Assembly: GCF_009931435.1 (NCBI RefSeq)
Contig: NZ_CP043414.1
DNA length: 64,000 bases
From: Escherichia coli
Lineage (GTDB): Bacteria > Pseudomonadota > Gammaproteobacteria > Enterobacterales > Enterobacteriaceae
Reading direction: 5' to 3' (one strand)
This document shows, piece by piece, positions 1-11,409 of this stretch (position 1 is its first letter; each line of letters begins with the position of its first letter). Both the position numbers and the translations under genes were made by a program. Under the pieces are notes generated by a model, which saw only the letters and a list, made by a program, of their open reading frames with translations, ran no database searches and had not been told where the DNA came from.

Positions 1-490
1 CGATAAGGATTAAACCACGGCGAGAAACCGGCGGCAGCTTGGCTTTAAGCTGCTGGAAACCGTCGGCTTTTTCCACGCGCGCACGGCTGTCTTTCTGAAA
101 TTCAGCACGCAGCAACGGGAAATCGCTCGGGTGCAGCTCGGTCAGTTGCAGACTGTCCTGTTCACGCAGTAACTGACGGGCAATCAACGGTGAACCGGGG
201 TAGTAACGCAACTGACCGCTACGGTTGAAGTGTTTTACCACATTGATGTACGCCTCCAGCTCCGCAGGCAGATCGTCCTGCTGCCAGATACGGGCGATAC
301 CTTCGAGATATTCGCCGGTACGCTCGGCATGTTCACTGCCTAACTGATAACGCCCCGCACCCGCGTGGGTATCCAGATAGAGAAACGGTTTATCTTTCTC
401 TTTCAGTGACTCGATGATCAGGCTCTGAACGGTATGTTTAAGGACGTCGGCGTGGTTGCCAGCGTGAAAGCTGTGGCGATAACTGAGCAT
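1..490 (-). CDS. rlmJ: 23S rRNA m6A2030 methyltransferase RlmJ, N-terminal part; gene runs off the window start
   Basis: Reverse-strand translation from ATG at 490..488 reads MLSYRHSFHAGNHADVLKHTVQSLIIESLKEKDKPFLYLDTHAGAGRY..., recognised as RlmJ; frame stays open to position 1. Confidence 0.85.
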   Translation of the reverse strand, partial: MLSYRHSFHAGNHADVLKHTVQSLIIESLKEKDKPFLYLDTHAGAGRYQLGSEHAERTGEYLEGIARIWQQDDLPAELEAYINVVKHFNRSGQLRYYPGSPLIARQLLREQDSLQLTELHPSDFPLLRAEFQKDSRARVEKADGFQQLKAKLPPVSRRGLILI

Positions 491-692
491 GGGTAAAGGT
501 GTTCCGGTAAGTAAAAATCGGCCCGTATTCGGGGCGCACAAAAGCCTATCAGGACAGTATACCGAAAAGAGGCCGTCGCCGCGAAAGCGTAACGTTTCTC
601 ATTGAAATTCACTACACTTAACCCCATGCTACACACATTATGTAAAGCGCCTGTTGAGCGCTTCCTTAACCTCTTTAACCAGGACTGCGCTA

Positions 693-2735
693 ATGACGAA
701 TCCGTTACTGACTCCCTTTGAATTGCCTCCGTTTTCTAAAATTCTCCCGGAACATGTCGTTCCAGCCGTGACGAAGGCATTGAATGACTGCCGCGAAAAT
801 GTGGAGCGCGTAGTAGCGCAAGGGGCACCGTACACCTGGGAAAATCTCTGCCAGCCGCTGGCGGAAGTGGACGATGTGTTGGGGCGTATCTTCTCCCCGG
901 TCAGCCACCTGAACTCGGTGAAAAATAGCCCGGAACTGCGTGAAGCGTACGAACAAACCCTGCCGCTGCTGTCGGAATACAGCACCTGGGTAGGGCAACA
1001 TGAGGGGCTGTATAAAGCGTACCGCGACCTGCGCGATGGCGATCATTACGCCACGCTGAATACGGCGCAGAAGAAAGCGGTTGATAACGCCCTGCGTGAT
1101 TTTGAACTCTCTGGCATCGGTCTGCCGAAAGAGAAACAGCAACGCTACGGCGAAATTGCTACCCGTCTTTCCGAGTTGGGCAACCAGTACAGCAACAACG
1201 TCCTTGATGCGACAATGGGCTGGACCAAACTCGTTACCGACGAAGCGGAACTGGCGGGTATGCCAGAAAGCGCGCTGGCGGCGGCAAAAGCCCAGGCCGA
1301 AGCGAAAGAACTGGAAGGCTACTTGCTGACGCTGGATATCCCAAGCTATTTGCCGGTAATGACCTACTGCGACAACCAGGCCTTGCGTGAAGAGATGTAT
1401 CGCGCTTACAGCACCCGCGCTTCCGATCAAGGCCCGAACGCCGGTAAGTGGGACAATAGCAAGGTGATGGAAGAGATCCTCGCTCTGCGTCACGAACTGG
1501 CGCAACTGCTGGGCTTTGAAAACTACGCCTTTAAATCTCTGGCTACCAAAATGGCGGAGAACCCGCAGCAGGTGCTTGATTTCTTAACCGATCTGGCAAA
1601 ACGCGCCCGTCCGCAGGGCGAAAAAGAGCTGGCGCAACTGCGCACTTTCGCCAAAGCCGAATTTGACGTCGATGAGTTGCAGCCGTGGGATATCGCATAC
1701 TACAGCGAAAAACAGAAACAGCACCTCTACAGCATCAGCGACGAACAGCTGCGTCCGTACTTCCCGGAAAACAAAGCGGTTAACGGCTTGTTTGAAGTGG
1801 TGAAACGTATTTACGGCATCACCGCTAAAGAGCGTAAAGATGTTGATGTCTGGCATCCGGATGTCCGTTTCTTCGAACTGTATGACGAGAACAACGAACT
1901 GCGCGGCAGCTTCTACCTCGACCTGTATGCCCGTGAAAACAAGCGCGGCGGGGCGTGGATGGATGACTGCGTAGGCCAGATGCGTAAAGCCGACGGTTCG
2001 CTGCAAAAACCGGTCGCGTACCTGACCTGTAACTTCAACCGCCCGGTGAATGGTAAACCAGCGCTGTTTACGCATGACGAAGTAATCACCCTGTTCCACG
2101 AGTTCGGTCATGGTCTGCATCATATGCTGACCCGCATCGAAACCGCCGGTGTGTCTGGTATCAGCGGGGTGCCGTGGGATGCGGTCGAACTGCCGAGCCA
2201 GTTTATGGAAAACTGGTGCTGGGAGCCGGAGGCGCTGGCGTTTATCTCCGGTCACTATGAAACCGGCGAACCGCTGCCGAAAGAGTTGCTGGATAAAATG
2301 CTGGCGGCGAAGAACTACCAGGCGGCGCTGTTTATTCTGCGCCAGCTGGAGTTCGGCCTGTTCGATTTCCGCCTCCATGCCGAGTTCCGCCCGGATCAGG
2401 GAGCGAAAATCCTCGAAACTCTGGCAGAAATCAAGAAACTGGTTGCCGTAGTACCGTCTCCATCCTGGGGCCGTTTCCCGCACGCTTTCAGCCATATTTT
2501 CGCCGGTGGTTATGCCGCAGGTTACTACAGCTACCTGTGGGCTGACGTACTGGCGGCAGATGCCTTCTCGCGCTTTGAGGAAGAGGGCATTTTCAACCGT
2601 GAAACCGGACAGTCGTTCCTCGACAACATTCTGAGCCGTGGCGGTTCAGAAGAGCCGATGGATCTGTTCAAACGCTTCCGTGGGCGTGAACCGCAACTGG
2701 ATGCGATGCTGGAGCATTACGGCATTAAGGGCTGA
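693..2735 (+). CDS. prlC: Oligopeptidase A (M3 family zinc metallopeptidase)
   Basis: ORF track 654..2735; likely true start is ATG at 693 ([17 protein letters not shown]...); HEFGH zinc-binding motif present; 680 aa. Confidence 0.95.
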   Translation: MTNPLLTPFELPPFSKILPEHVVPAVTKALNDCRENVERVVAQGAPYTWENLCQPLAEVDDVLGRIFSPVSHLNSVKNSPELREAYEQTLPLLSEYSTWVGQHEGLYKAYRDLRDGDHYATLNTAQKKAVDNALRDFELSGIGLPKEKQQRYGEIATRLSELGNQYSNNVLDATMGWTKLVTDEAELAGMPESALAAAKAQAEAKELEGYLLTLDIPSYLPVMTYCDNQALREEMYRAYSTRASDQGPNAGKWDNSKVMEEILALRHELAQLLGFENYAFKSLATKMAENPQQVLDFLTDLAKRARPQGEKELAQLRTFAKAEFDVDELQPWDIAYYSEKQKQHLYSISDEQLRPYFPENKAVNGLFEVVKRIYGITAKERKDVDVWHPDVRFFELYDENNELRGSFYLDLYARENKRGGAWMDDCVGQMRKADGSLQKPVAYLTCNFNRPVNGKPALFTHDEVITLFHEFGHGLHHMLTRIETAGVSGISGVPWDAVELPSQFMENWCWEPEALAFISGHYETGEPLPKELLDKMLAAKNYQAALFILRQLEFGLFDFRLHAEFRPDQGAKILETLAEIKKLVAVVPSPSWGRFPHAFSHIFAGGYAAGYYSYLWADVLAADAFSRFEEEGIFNRETGQSFLDNILSRGGSEEPMDLFKRFRGREPQLDAMLEHYGIKG

Positions 2736-2742
2736 TCATTCA

Positions 2743-3495
2743 GTGAAAATCTGTTTAATTGATGAAACAGGCGCCGGAGACGGCGCCTTATCTGTTCTGG
2801 CGGCCCGCTGGGGGCTGGAGCACGATGAAGACAACCTGATGGCGCTGGTGTTAACACCGGAGCATCTGGAACTGCGCAAGCGTGATGAGCCGAAGCTTGG
2901 TGGCATCTTTGTTGATTTTGTTGGCGGAGCGATGGCGCACCGTCGCAAATTCGGCGGTGGTCGCGGTGAGGCGGTGGCAAAAGCGGTGGGCATTAAAGGC
3001 GATTATTTGCCGGACGTAGTAGACGCTACCGCAGGCTTAGGTCGCGATGCCTTTGTGCTGGCTTCAGTCGGCTGCCGCGTGCGGATGCTGGAGCGTAATC
3101 CGGTGGTTGCTGCATTGCTCGACGACGGCCTGGCGCGTGGTTATGCGGATGCGGAAATCGGCGGCTGGTTGCAGGAGCGTTTGCAATTAATTCACGCTTC
3201 CAGCCTGACGGCGCTGACTGATATTACCCCGCGCCCGCAGGTGGTCTATCTCGACCCGATGTTCCCGCATAAGCAGAAAAGCGCGCTGGTGAAAAAAGAG
3301 ATGCGCGTGTTCCAGTCGCTGGTGGGGCCGGATCTCGACGCTGATGGATTGCTGGAGCCTGCACGCTTGCTGGCGACCAAACGCGTGGTGGTAAAGCGCC
3401 CGGACTACGCGCCGCCGCTGGCGAATGTCGCCACGCCAAACGCGGTTGTCACCAAAGGGCATCGCTTTGATATTTATGCAGGTACGCCGGTGTGA
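2743..3495 (+). CDS. rsmJ: 16S rRNA m2G1516 methyltransferase RsmJ
   Basis: In-frame GTG at 2743 gives [24 protein letters not shown]..., 250 aa; lies 8 nt after the prlC stop, consistent with an operon. Confidence 0.9.
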   Translation: MKICLIDETGAGDGALSVLAARWGLEHDEDNLMALVLTPEHLELRKRDEPKLGGIFVDFVGGAMAHRRKFGGGRGEAVAKAVGIKGDYLPDVVDATAGLGRDAFVLASVGCRVRMLERNPVVAALLDDGLARGYADAEIGGWLQERLQLIHASSLTALTDITPRPQVVYLDPMFPHKQKSALVKKEMRVFQSLVGPDLDADGLLEPARLLATKRVVVKRPDYAPPLANVATPNAVVTKGHRFDIYAGTPV

Positions 3496-3503
3496 AAGTA
3501 AAG

Positions 3504-3527
3504 CAGGGTAGTGTTATTGCTACCCTG
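3504..3527. terminator. Perfect 8-bp stem hairpin (cagggtag/ctaccctg) between convergent rsmJ and dtpB; possible bidirectional terminator
   Basis: Inverted repeat read directly from sequence; flanking T/A runs are weak. Confidence 0.45.
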
Positions 3528-3543
3528 TGTTCTGCAAGAATAA

Positions 3544-5013
3544 TTAATGGCTTTCCGGCGTCGCAATCATGCGTTTCAGCCACGGCACCATCAGCAGCAT
3601 CACCACCGCAACGCCCAGCGTAACCAGGCCAATTTTACCAAACACGCTGGTATAGACGGGCAACGTCTCAAGCGGATCGGTAATGTTGTCTGGTACTGCG
3701 GTAAATGTTGCCACATAGCCGCCAAGCAAGAACGCGGCAGCTTGCGTCAGGAACCACATCCCGAGAATAAAGCCCATCAAATGCTGCGGCACCAGGGCAG
3801 CAATCATCGCCAGGCCAAGGGCACTAATAAACAGTTCACCTAAACTCTGGAATAAGTAAACCAGCACGATAAACCATGGTGATGTCAGCCCTTGTGCATC
3901 AGCAAACCACATTCCCGCAGCTGCAGCCGTCAAAAAGCCCAGCGAGCACATAAACATACCGAGAGTAAATTTCATCGGCATCGAGAGGTCTTTGCCTTTG
4001 TTACCCAAATGCGTGTAGATACCTGCCAGTATTGGGCTGGCGAGTACCACCCAGAACGGGTTAAGCGCCTGGAAGCTGACCGGGTTGATGGAAAAGCCGA
4101 GAATTTCATGATGCACGTTGTTGATGGCAAAGAAGTTCAGCGACGTTGGCATCTGGGCGTAGAGAATGTAAAACACCACCGCTTCGAGCATCAGAACAAA
4201 GGCGACAAACATTTTATTACGCCCGGTTTTATCCAGCTTGAATGCCTGACGAAAGAAGATGATGGTGACGACGATGGAGAGAACAATCAGCACTAGATTG
4301 GCGACTTCTACGTTGTGCATCAGCCATGCACAGACGAAGATCATCACCACGCTGCCAAGTAACACGTACAACAGTTTGCTGAAGCTCATCGGCTTGAAGT
4401 CGGGTTCAGAACCAATGTCTTTCACCATTCCGCGACAGGCGATGTAAACCAATAGCGCGATAATTAATCCCGCACCGCACAGGTTGTAGGTGACTGAATA
4501 GCCGAATCTATCAGCGATCACAGGGGCCAACGATAACGCTATCAACGAGCCGATATTGATCGACATATAGAACAGGGTGAATGCGCCATCAAGCCGTGGA
4601 TCTTTCGGCGGATAGCACTTCGAAAGCAAGCTGGCGGGGTTAGCTTTAAACAGGCCGTTACCGACAGCGATAGTGCCCAGGGCGATGAAAATCAGGTCAG
4701 GCTTAAGTAGCGACATCCCGGTCATGAAGTAGCCAATCGCCAGCACAAGCGCTCCAAGAACAATGGTGCGTTTGGTCCCCAGTAGGTGGTCGCCGACATA
4801 GCCGCCAATGGAGATGAGGCCATAGACCAGCGCAGCAAACGCACCAAAGGTGACAAAAGCCTGTTCTTGCGAGAATCCAAGCTGTTTAACGAAGAAAACC
4901 GCCAGTACGCCCTGCACGCCGTAGTAGCCGAATCGCTCCCATAACTCGACAAAAAAGATCATGAAAAATGGGCGAGGTTGCTGCAGCATCCCCATGGGTG
5001 TTGTTGTATTCAT
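3544..5013 (-). CDS. dtpB: Dipeptide/tripeptide:H+ symporter (POT/PTR2 family MFS)
   Basis: 489-aa [35 protein letters not shown]... with the PTR2 signature; polytopic membrane protein. Confidence 0.93.
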   Translation of the reverse strand: MNTTTPMGMLQQPRPFFMIFFVELWERFGYYGVQGVLAVFFVKQLGFSQEQAFVTFGAFAALVYGLISIGGYVGDHLLGTKRTIVLGALVLAIGYFMTGMSLLKPDLIFIALGTIAVGNGLFKANPASLLSKCYPPKDPRLDGAFTLFYMSINIGSLIALSLAPVIADRFGYSVTYNLCGAGLIIALLVYIACRGMVKDIGSEPDFKPMSFSKLLYVLLGSVVMIFVCAWLMHNVEVANLVLIVLSIVVTIIFFRQAFKLDKTGRNKMFVAFVLMLEAVVFYILYAQMPTSLNFFAINNVHHEILGFSINPVSFQALNPFWVVLASPILAGIYTHLGNKGKDLSMPMKFTLGMFMCSLGFLTAAAAGMWFADAQGLTSPWFIVLVYLFQSLGELFISALGLAMIAALVPQHLMGFILGMWFLTQAAAFLLGGYVATFTAVPDNITDPLETLPVYTSVFGKIGLVTLGVAVVMLLMVPWLKRMIATPESH

Positions 5014-5228
5014 ATTTATTAACCTTCCAATACCATCCTGAAAAGTATGAACGCGTAAGGGATAACGCGCGAAAAAGTTTACATCTGTCAGAGATTCTTA
5101 ATATTGATGCGGTGAATAGATTAATACACTATTACAACAGAAAATAACCAGCTGATCACACTAATGATGGAAAATATGATGGTGTTAAATGTTGTATTGG
5201 CTGGGGATTTTGATTGCGTACGCAGATC

Positions 5229-5261
5229 GTAGGCCAGATAAGGCGTATACGCTGCATCAGG
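5229..5261. repeat. REP (repetitive extragenic palindrome) unit
   Basis: gtaggccagataaggcgtatacgctgcatcagg matches the E. coli REP consensus family. Confidence 0.7.
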
Positions 5262-5273
5262 TAACAAGGCGCG

Positions 5274-5306
5274 CCAAAAAGCAAAACGCCCGCATATGCG
5301 GGCGTT
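5274..5306 (-). terminator. Rho-independent terminator downstream of uspA
   Basis: Minus-strand hairpin acgcccgcatatgcgggcgt followed by a U-rich tract (tttgcttttt), 25 nt after the uspA stop. Confidence 0.7.
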
Positions 5307-5330
5307 CAGGCACACGTCGTGGAGGGAAGA

Positions 5331-5765
5331 TTATTCTTCTTCGTCGCGCAGCGGAACAATCAGCATATCAACGTGAACGGTGTTGATCAGCTGACGTGCG
5401 GAAGACATTAGTTTGCTCCAGAAGTCCTGGTGGTGACCACAAACCACCAGATCCATATCGTATTTCTTGATTGCATCGACCAGAACCTGGCCCAGATCGC
5501 CGCTGCCGCTCAGGGTTTCAGTGATTGGGTAGCCTGCATTAGTGGAAAGCTCGGTCAGCGCATGATGTGTCTCTTCAGAGATGCGTTTCTGCATATCACC
5601 CAGATTCACATCAATAAGCCCGGTGTATAGGTCAGAGTAGTTTACATCTACGTGGATCAGAGAAACTTTCGCATTGTAGGGGCGAGCCATAGAGACTGCT
5701 TTCTCTACCAGAACTTTGCTTTCCGGGGAGAGATCGACCGCGATGAGAATGTGTTTATAAGCCAT
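5331..5765 (-). CDS. uspA: Universal stress protein A
   Basis: 144-aa [52 protein letters not shown]... Confidence 0.96.
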
Positions 5766-6155
5766 AGTGTTACTCCTTCCATAAAGTTGTCGATGACTGG
5801 CCAGCTAGCGTTTCTTGTGCCGTTACGTCACCCGCGTCCTGCGAACTACGTGCGCGGGGCTAACCCAGCCGTAAAGATTCAGTGTTAAGACCATCCTTAC
5901 CTTATAGCGACCCGGATGATCCGTCAATCCGCCTTGCTTACCCGTTAGATAAACAAATTTTCGGCATGAATATATTGATAGTGGTTAACCTTCTGGAAAA
6001 AAAACAACCTGATCTCCTACACTATCTATAGAGCCGCTCGGATGTTGGTCACCACAAAAGCGGTTTCTCCAGGACCTGGTGTTAACTGATTGGCAGCGTA
6101 TCGGGAGCGGTAGCCCCGGGGTGGAACTCCGCGGGCAGGTCGCCGGGGAGGAGGT

Positions 6156-6491
6156 ATGATAAGCACCGTCGCATTATTTTGGGCTTTATGTGTCGTTTGC
6201 ATTGTTAACATGGCGCGCTATTTCTCATCACTACGCGCGTTGTTAGTGGTACTGCGTAACTGCGATCCATTGCTCTATCAATATGTTGATGGAGGGGGCT
6301 TTTTTACCTCACATGGCCAACCCAACAAACAGGTGCGTCTCGTTTGGTATATCTATGCCCAACGTTATCGCGATCATCACGATGATGAGTTTATTCGCCG
6401 CTGTGAGCGGGTGCGTCGGCAGTTTATTCTGACCAGCGCATTGTGTGGTCTGGTGGTGGTCAGTCTGATTGCATTGATGATTTGGCATTAA
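6156..6491 (+). CDS. uspB: Universal stress protein B (small inner-membrane protein)
   Basis: 111-aa [53 protein letters not shown]..., divergent from uspA. Confidence 0.93.
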
Positions 6492-6568
6492 GCACTTCAG
6501 AAAAAATAACGCATAAAAAAAGCGGGCCAGCAAACTGACCCGCTCGAGACTGATTACAAACGCAAAAT

Positions 6569-6668
6569 TGCCTGATGCGCTACGCTTATCAGGCCTACAT
6601 AATCTCTGCAATCTATTGAATTTGCATGTTTTTGTAGGCTGGATAAGGCGTTCACGCCGCATCCGGCA
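6569..6668. repeat. BIME (two inverted REP units) between uspB and pitA
   Basis: tgcctgatgcgctacgcttatcaggcctaca ... gtaggctggataaggcgttcacgccgcatccggca; flanked by two gcgggccag..ctgacccgc hairpins at about 6520-6548 and 6700-6722. Confidence 0.8.
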
Positions 6669-6735
6669 TGAACAAAGCGCACTATGTCAACAATCTGAAG
6701 CGGGCCAGCTGACCCGCTCGTTTTGGTGCGTGCGA

Positions 6736-8235
6736 TTACAGGAACTGCAAGGAGAGCCAGTAAAGCCCGCCGGAAAGCAGTACCGCAGCCGGAAGGGTAA
6801 ACACCCAGGCCATCAGAATACTGGTCACGGTTTTACGCTGTAAGCCGCCGCCATCTACCACCATCGTCCCCGCGACAGAAGAGGAGAGTACGTGGGTAGT
6901 GGAAACCGGCATCCCGGTATAACTCGCCAGGCCGATAGACACTGCCGCAGTCATCTGGGCAGACATCCCCTGAGCGTAGGTCATGCCTTTCTTACCGATT
7001 TTCTCACCGATAGTCGTTGCCACACGACGCCAGCCAATCATCGTACCGATACCTAACGCCAGCGCGACCGCCATGATGATCCACACCGGCGCATACTCGA
7101 TGGTGCTAAGCATGTCGGACTTCAGTTTCTTCAACAGGCGCTGATCGTCTGCACTCACGCCAGGCATCTTCACCACTTTGTCGATAGTGTCAGAAACGCA
7201 CAGCATAATGCGGCGCATCTGGCTACGTTGATCAAGCGACAGCTTGTCGTAGCTTTCCACATCGGTAGTCAACATGCCTTTCAGGCGGTTGAGCGCGTTA
7301 ATGGTATTCGATGGATGGCAATGGAACTCCGCAGGTTGCGTTGCGCCAGCTTCCGGAGCCGGTACTAACTGATCAGCACCGGTAGCCTGTTTCAGCAGCG
7401 CAGGGTGCTGCTCAAAGTAAGCTTCCACGTTGTTGATGGCATCACGGGTACGGGTGATTTCGTAGCCAGTGGCATTCATATTCACCACGAAGCCTGCTGG
7501 CGCGACGCCAATCAGTACCAACATAACCAGACCAATGCCTTTCTGACCATCATTTGCGCCGTGAGAAAACGCCACACCGATAGCGGAAAGGATCAGCGCG
7601 ATACGCGTCCAGAACGGCGGCTTTTTCTTGCCGTCTTTCTTTTCACGCTCCGCTGGGGTCAGGTGGATACGGGCGCGTTTCTTGGTGCCGCTCCAGTAGC
7701 GACGCAGCAAGAAAATCAGACCGCCAGCAAACACCAGGCCGACAATAGGGGAAACGATCAGAGAACCGAAAATACTTAATACTTTCGGGATATTGAGTGC
7801 ATCCACCACTGACGTCCCGGTCATCAACGCATTGGTTAAACCAATCCCGATGATCGCGCCAATCAGCGTATGAGAGCTGGATGCAGGTAAACCAAAGTAC
7901 CAGGTACCCAGGTTCCAGATAATCGCCGCTAATAACATAGAGAACACCATGGCAAGGCCATGAGACGATCCCATATTAAGCAGCAGATCCGTCGGCAGCA
8001 TATGCACAATGGCATAGGCAACACTCAGACCACCCAGCAAAACACCCAGAAAGTTGAACACCGCCGCCATAACCACGGCGAGCTGAGAACGCATCGCGCG
8101 GGTATAGATAACGGTTGCCACGGCGTTGGCTGTGTCATGGAAACCATTGATGGCTTCGTAGAACAGCACAAAAGCCAGTGCAAGCAATAATAACAGCCCG
8201 GTATGCAAATCCAGGCCAGCAAACAAATGTAGCAT
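6736..8235 (-). CDS. pitA: Low-affinity inorganic phosphate / metal-phosphate:H+ symporter
   Basis: 499-aa [51 protein letters not shown]... (PiT family signature GxHDxAN). Confidence 0.95.
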
Positions 8236-8466
8236 AGGACGTTACGCCATTTTGAGGACATGAACGCGGCGCATTATCAGTGACTTTCGCGGCGCGGGCA
8301 AAGTGAAATATAGACTTTTTTTGATTTGCCTCCTGTATAGATTGCACTCAAAAAATAATTATCTTATATAATTCAGGCAAATACTTCCTTTTAGTAATAT
8401 TGATGCTGGTGCGACCACTGAGGAATCTTTACAATTCACGCCCGTTTTTTCTTAGAGGAGCGCAAC

Positions 8467-9669
8467 GTGGAAAGGTTTGATGCCATTATTATAGGCGCTG
8501 GTGCGGCGGGTATGTTCTGTTCTGCGCTGGCAGGTCAGGCAGGACGCCGGGTTCTGCTGATCGATAATGGTAAAAAACCAGGGCGCAAAATCCTCATGTC
8601 TGGCGGTGGGCGCTGCAACTTTACCAACCTTTATGTCGAACCGGGCGCTTATCTGAGCCAGAATCCGCATTTTTGTAAGTCTGCACTCGCGCGTTTTACC
8701 CAGTGGGATTTCATTGATCTGGTCAATAAACACGGCATTGCCTGGCACGAGAAAACGTTAGGGCAACTCTTCTGCGATGACTCCGCGCAGCAGATTGTCG
8801 ACATGCTGGTGGATGAGTGCGAGAAGGGCAATGTGACCTTCAGATTGCGAAGCGAAGTGCTGAGTGTGGCGAAGGATGAAACAGGCTTCACGCTTGAACT
8901 GAATGGCATGACCGTCGGTTGCGAAAAGCTGGTCATCGCGACCGGTGGACTGTCAATGCCAGGGCTGGGCGCGTCGCCGTTTGGTTATAAGATTGCCGAA
9001 CAATTTGGCCTCAACGTGCTGCCGACCCGCGCGGGTCTGGTGCCATTCACTCTGCATAAACCGTTGCTCGAAGAGTTACAGGTACTGGCAGGCGTGGCGG
9101 TGCCTTCCGTGATTACCGCTGAAAACGGCACCGTTTTCCGTGAGAACTTACTCTTCACCCACCGCGGCTTATCTGGACCGGCGGTGTTGCAGATTTCCAG
9201 CTACTGGCAACCGGGGGAATTTGTCAGCATCAATCTGCTACCGGATGTAGACCTCGAAACCTTCCTGAATGAGCAGCGTAACGCACATCCGAATCAGAGC
9301 CTGAAAAACACACTGGCGGTTCATCTACCGAAGCGGTTGGTTGAACGCTTACAGCAACTTGGGCAAATCCCGGATGTTTCGCTAAAACAGCTCAACGTGC
9401 GTGACCAACAGGCACTGATTAGCACATTGACCGACTGGCGCGTACAACCCAACGGCACTGAAGGCTATCGCACTGCCGAAGTGACGCTCGGCGGCGTGGA
9501 CACCAACGAACTCTCTTCACGGACGATGGAAGCGCGCAAAGTGCCTGGGCTGTACTTTATCGGCGAAGTGATGGACGTTACCGGCTGGCTGGGGGGCTAT
9601 AACTTCCAGTGGGCGTGGTCGAGTGCGTGGGCTTGTGCGCAGGATTTGATTGCAGCGAAGTCGTCCTGA
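8467..9669 (+). CDS. yhiN: FAD/NAD(P)-binding flavoprotein (HI0933/BaiN-like family)
   Basis: 400-aa ORF with N-terminal Rossmann dinucleotide motif IIGAGAAGMFCSA. Confidence 0.9.
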   Translation: MERFDAIIIGAGAAGMFCSALAGQAGRRVLLIDNGKKPGRKILMSGGGRCNFTNLYVEPGAYLSQNPHFCKSALARFTQWDFIDLVNKHGIAWHEKTLGQLFCDDSAQQIVDMLVDECEKGNVTFRLRSEVLSVAKDETGFTLELNGMTVGCEKLVIATGGLSMPGLGASPFGYKIAEQFGLNVLPTRAGLVPFTLHKPLLEELQVLAGVAVPSVITAENGTVFRENLLFTHRGLSGPAVLQISSYWQPGEFVSINLLPDVDLETFLNEQRNAHPNQSLKNTLAVHLPKRLVERLQQLGQIPDVSLKQLNVRDQQALISTLTDWRVQPNGTEGYRTAEVTLGGVDTNELSSRTMEARKVPGLYFIGEVMDVTGWLGGYNFQWAWSSAWACAQDLIAAKSS

Positions 9670-9922
9670 CCTATTACCTAAAGATGAAAATTATTAGAGC
9701 CGCATTAAAAATGAGCTAATTTTGATAGTGGCTATCTTGTGATTATTTTCTAATAAGCCCGTGAACTGAAACCCTCCATGCTTAAAATAAGGTGGGGGAA
9801 TGGTGATTAAAAATCGACCGAAGTCCAGATCTTTATAAAATATGAACAGGTTGAAAAAAGACAGTAACTTTACTGTTTTTTATACTTAACCATCAATGTT
9901 AAGTTATTTCATGATACCTAAG

Positions 9923-9960
9923 AAAAACCAGCGTTACGCAATTGGTCGACGCTGGTTTTA
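9923..9960 (-). terminator. Rho-independent terminator downstream of yhiM
   Basis: Perfect 8-bp stem accagcgt/acgctggt at 9927..9956, flanked by an A run on the plus strand (a U run for the minus-strand transcript), about 20 nt past the yhiM stop. Confidence 0.6.
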
Positions 9961-9975
9961 TCCGGTACGTTGCAA

Positions 9976-11028
9976 TTATTTTTTAGCAGAACCTGCTTCT
10001 AATATTGAAACGATTGAGAACAACGTAAAGCATACCGCTCCCAAACCGACAAGAACCCGCGAAGGAATAAAATATCCCATGTCGGTCTGCGCCATTTCCG
10101 CAAGAAACGATGCCAGGAAAAGGCAAAACAGGCAGGTGAAGACGGGAATCATCGGAATTCTGTTGGCTAACGAACAGGTACGTCTCCAGACCAGTGCCAG
10201 TAGCCAGACTTTTGAGAATATGCTGTAACAGATCATTCCAAGGCAAATGAGAATAATGCCGGGAGCCAGCCGAGCGCTTGCATCGGAACTGACTAAGACG
10301 TATATGCCCTGCAGCACCGTGATTGAGCCGAGAAAAATAACCCAATAACACCACAGCCAGTGCTCTTTGGATGAGAACGTATTACGTGTTTGATGGACGA
10401 TTGTGGCTACAAGGCCAATGAGACAGGCACAGATTGCGGTTAACCCAAGCAATACGTGACCGGCGACATAATGTGGGGTTATGTCGGCACTGCGTAACAG
10501 CGTTATCGACCAAATGAAACCGAGCAGGGTGAGTAATACGGGAACGGCAATGAGGCAATTACCGATTAATGAAGAATAAGCCTGTACCGGCGTTCCGTCG
10601 CTTTTGCTCCCCGATGCATTTTTGGGAATGAGCAGAAAGTGACCGGATGACGCTGCCACTGTCGATACACAGGCGGCAATCATACCAACGCCGAAAATCA
10701 CATGACCGGCGACAAACTCGTCTGCCATCACATCATTGCCTGCTAACAGTGCCCAACCCCATATCATGGTGATAATTGACCCCGCATAGCCAATAATGGG
10801 GAACAGTGTATTGTAAAACGTATTAACGCCGCGCGTGAGCTGCGAAATGATAATAAATGCGGTAGTGAATAATGCCAGGCATATGGCTGCCAGAGAAATC
10901 AGCACATGACCCGCGACGAAATACTCGCTTTGCCCTGAACTTTCCAGCACAAAGCCACCTAACGCGATACAAATTAACCCCATAATCAAGGGGATTAATT
11001 TGAAAAGCCACCCGATATATATGTTCAC
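9976..11028 (-). CDS. yhiM: Inner-membrane protein YhiM (acid-resistance associated, DUF2776)
   Basis: ORF track 9976..11127; likely start is GTG at 11028 (VNIYIGWLFKLIPLIMGL...), with GAGGAG 7 nt upstream; 350 aa, polytopic. Confidence 0.85.
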   Translation of the reverse strand: MNIYIGWLFKLIPLIMGLICIALGGFVLESSGQSEYFVAGHVLISLAAICLALFTTAFIIISQLTRGVNTFYNTLFPIIGYAGSIITMIWGWALLAGNDVMADEFVAGHVIFGVGMIAACVSTVAASSGHFLLIPKNASGSKSDGTPVQAYSSLIGNCLIAVPVLLTLLGFIWSITLLRSADITPHYVAGHVLLGLTAICACLIGLVATIVHQTRNTFSSKEHWLWCYWVIFLGSITVLQGIYVLVSSDASARLAPGIILICLGMICYSIFSKVWLLALVWRRTCSLANRIPMIPVFTCLFCLFLASFLAEMAQTDMGYFIPSRVLVGLGAVCFTLFSIVSILEAGSAKK

Positions 11029-11409
11029 TTTAAACTCCTCAGGTATCCCTGCTAATATCGAAATGTGCATTAATGATAATTTCAGCCTGTTAATAAAATG
11101 ACGAGATATCATTAAAGACAAATGCATAGCATAACTATAGCTGGGTTTACTTTGCCGAGTGCCACTTTTCAGCGTTCAAAAGGCCATGGTAAATAAATAT
11201 TTATCCTAAGATTAATTCTTATTCTGTAGTTCTTTACAATTATCTTCCAGGGAGGGATTATTTTTCATTATTGGTAAAAGACCGGATAGTCTCGGTGTTT
11301 AAAATCAGCGAACATATAATTATTATTGTTTTATATCGTCGTAAATATGTCTTTCAGACATGTATCGTTTATTTTGTAACAAACAATTCAAAAATATCAT
11401 AGGTTATTT

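Noticed and set aside
418-985. Minus-strand ORFs of 72 and 115 aa in the rlmJ-prlC intergenic region and prlC 5' end
   Set aside because: The real minus-strand gene here is rlmJ starting at 490; these ORFs are in other frames or antisense to prlC.
705-2495. Minus-strand ORFs of 266 and 303 aa overlapping prlC
   Set aside because: Antisense to the clearly identifiable oligopeptidase A gene; translations are low-complexity and unrecognisable.
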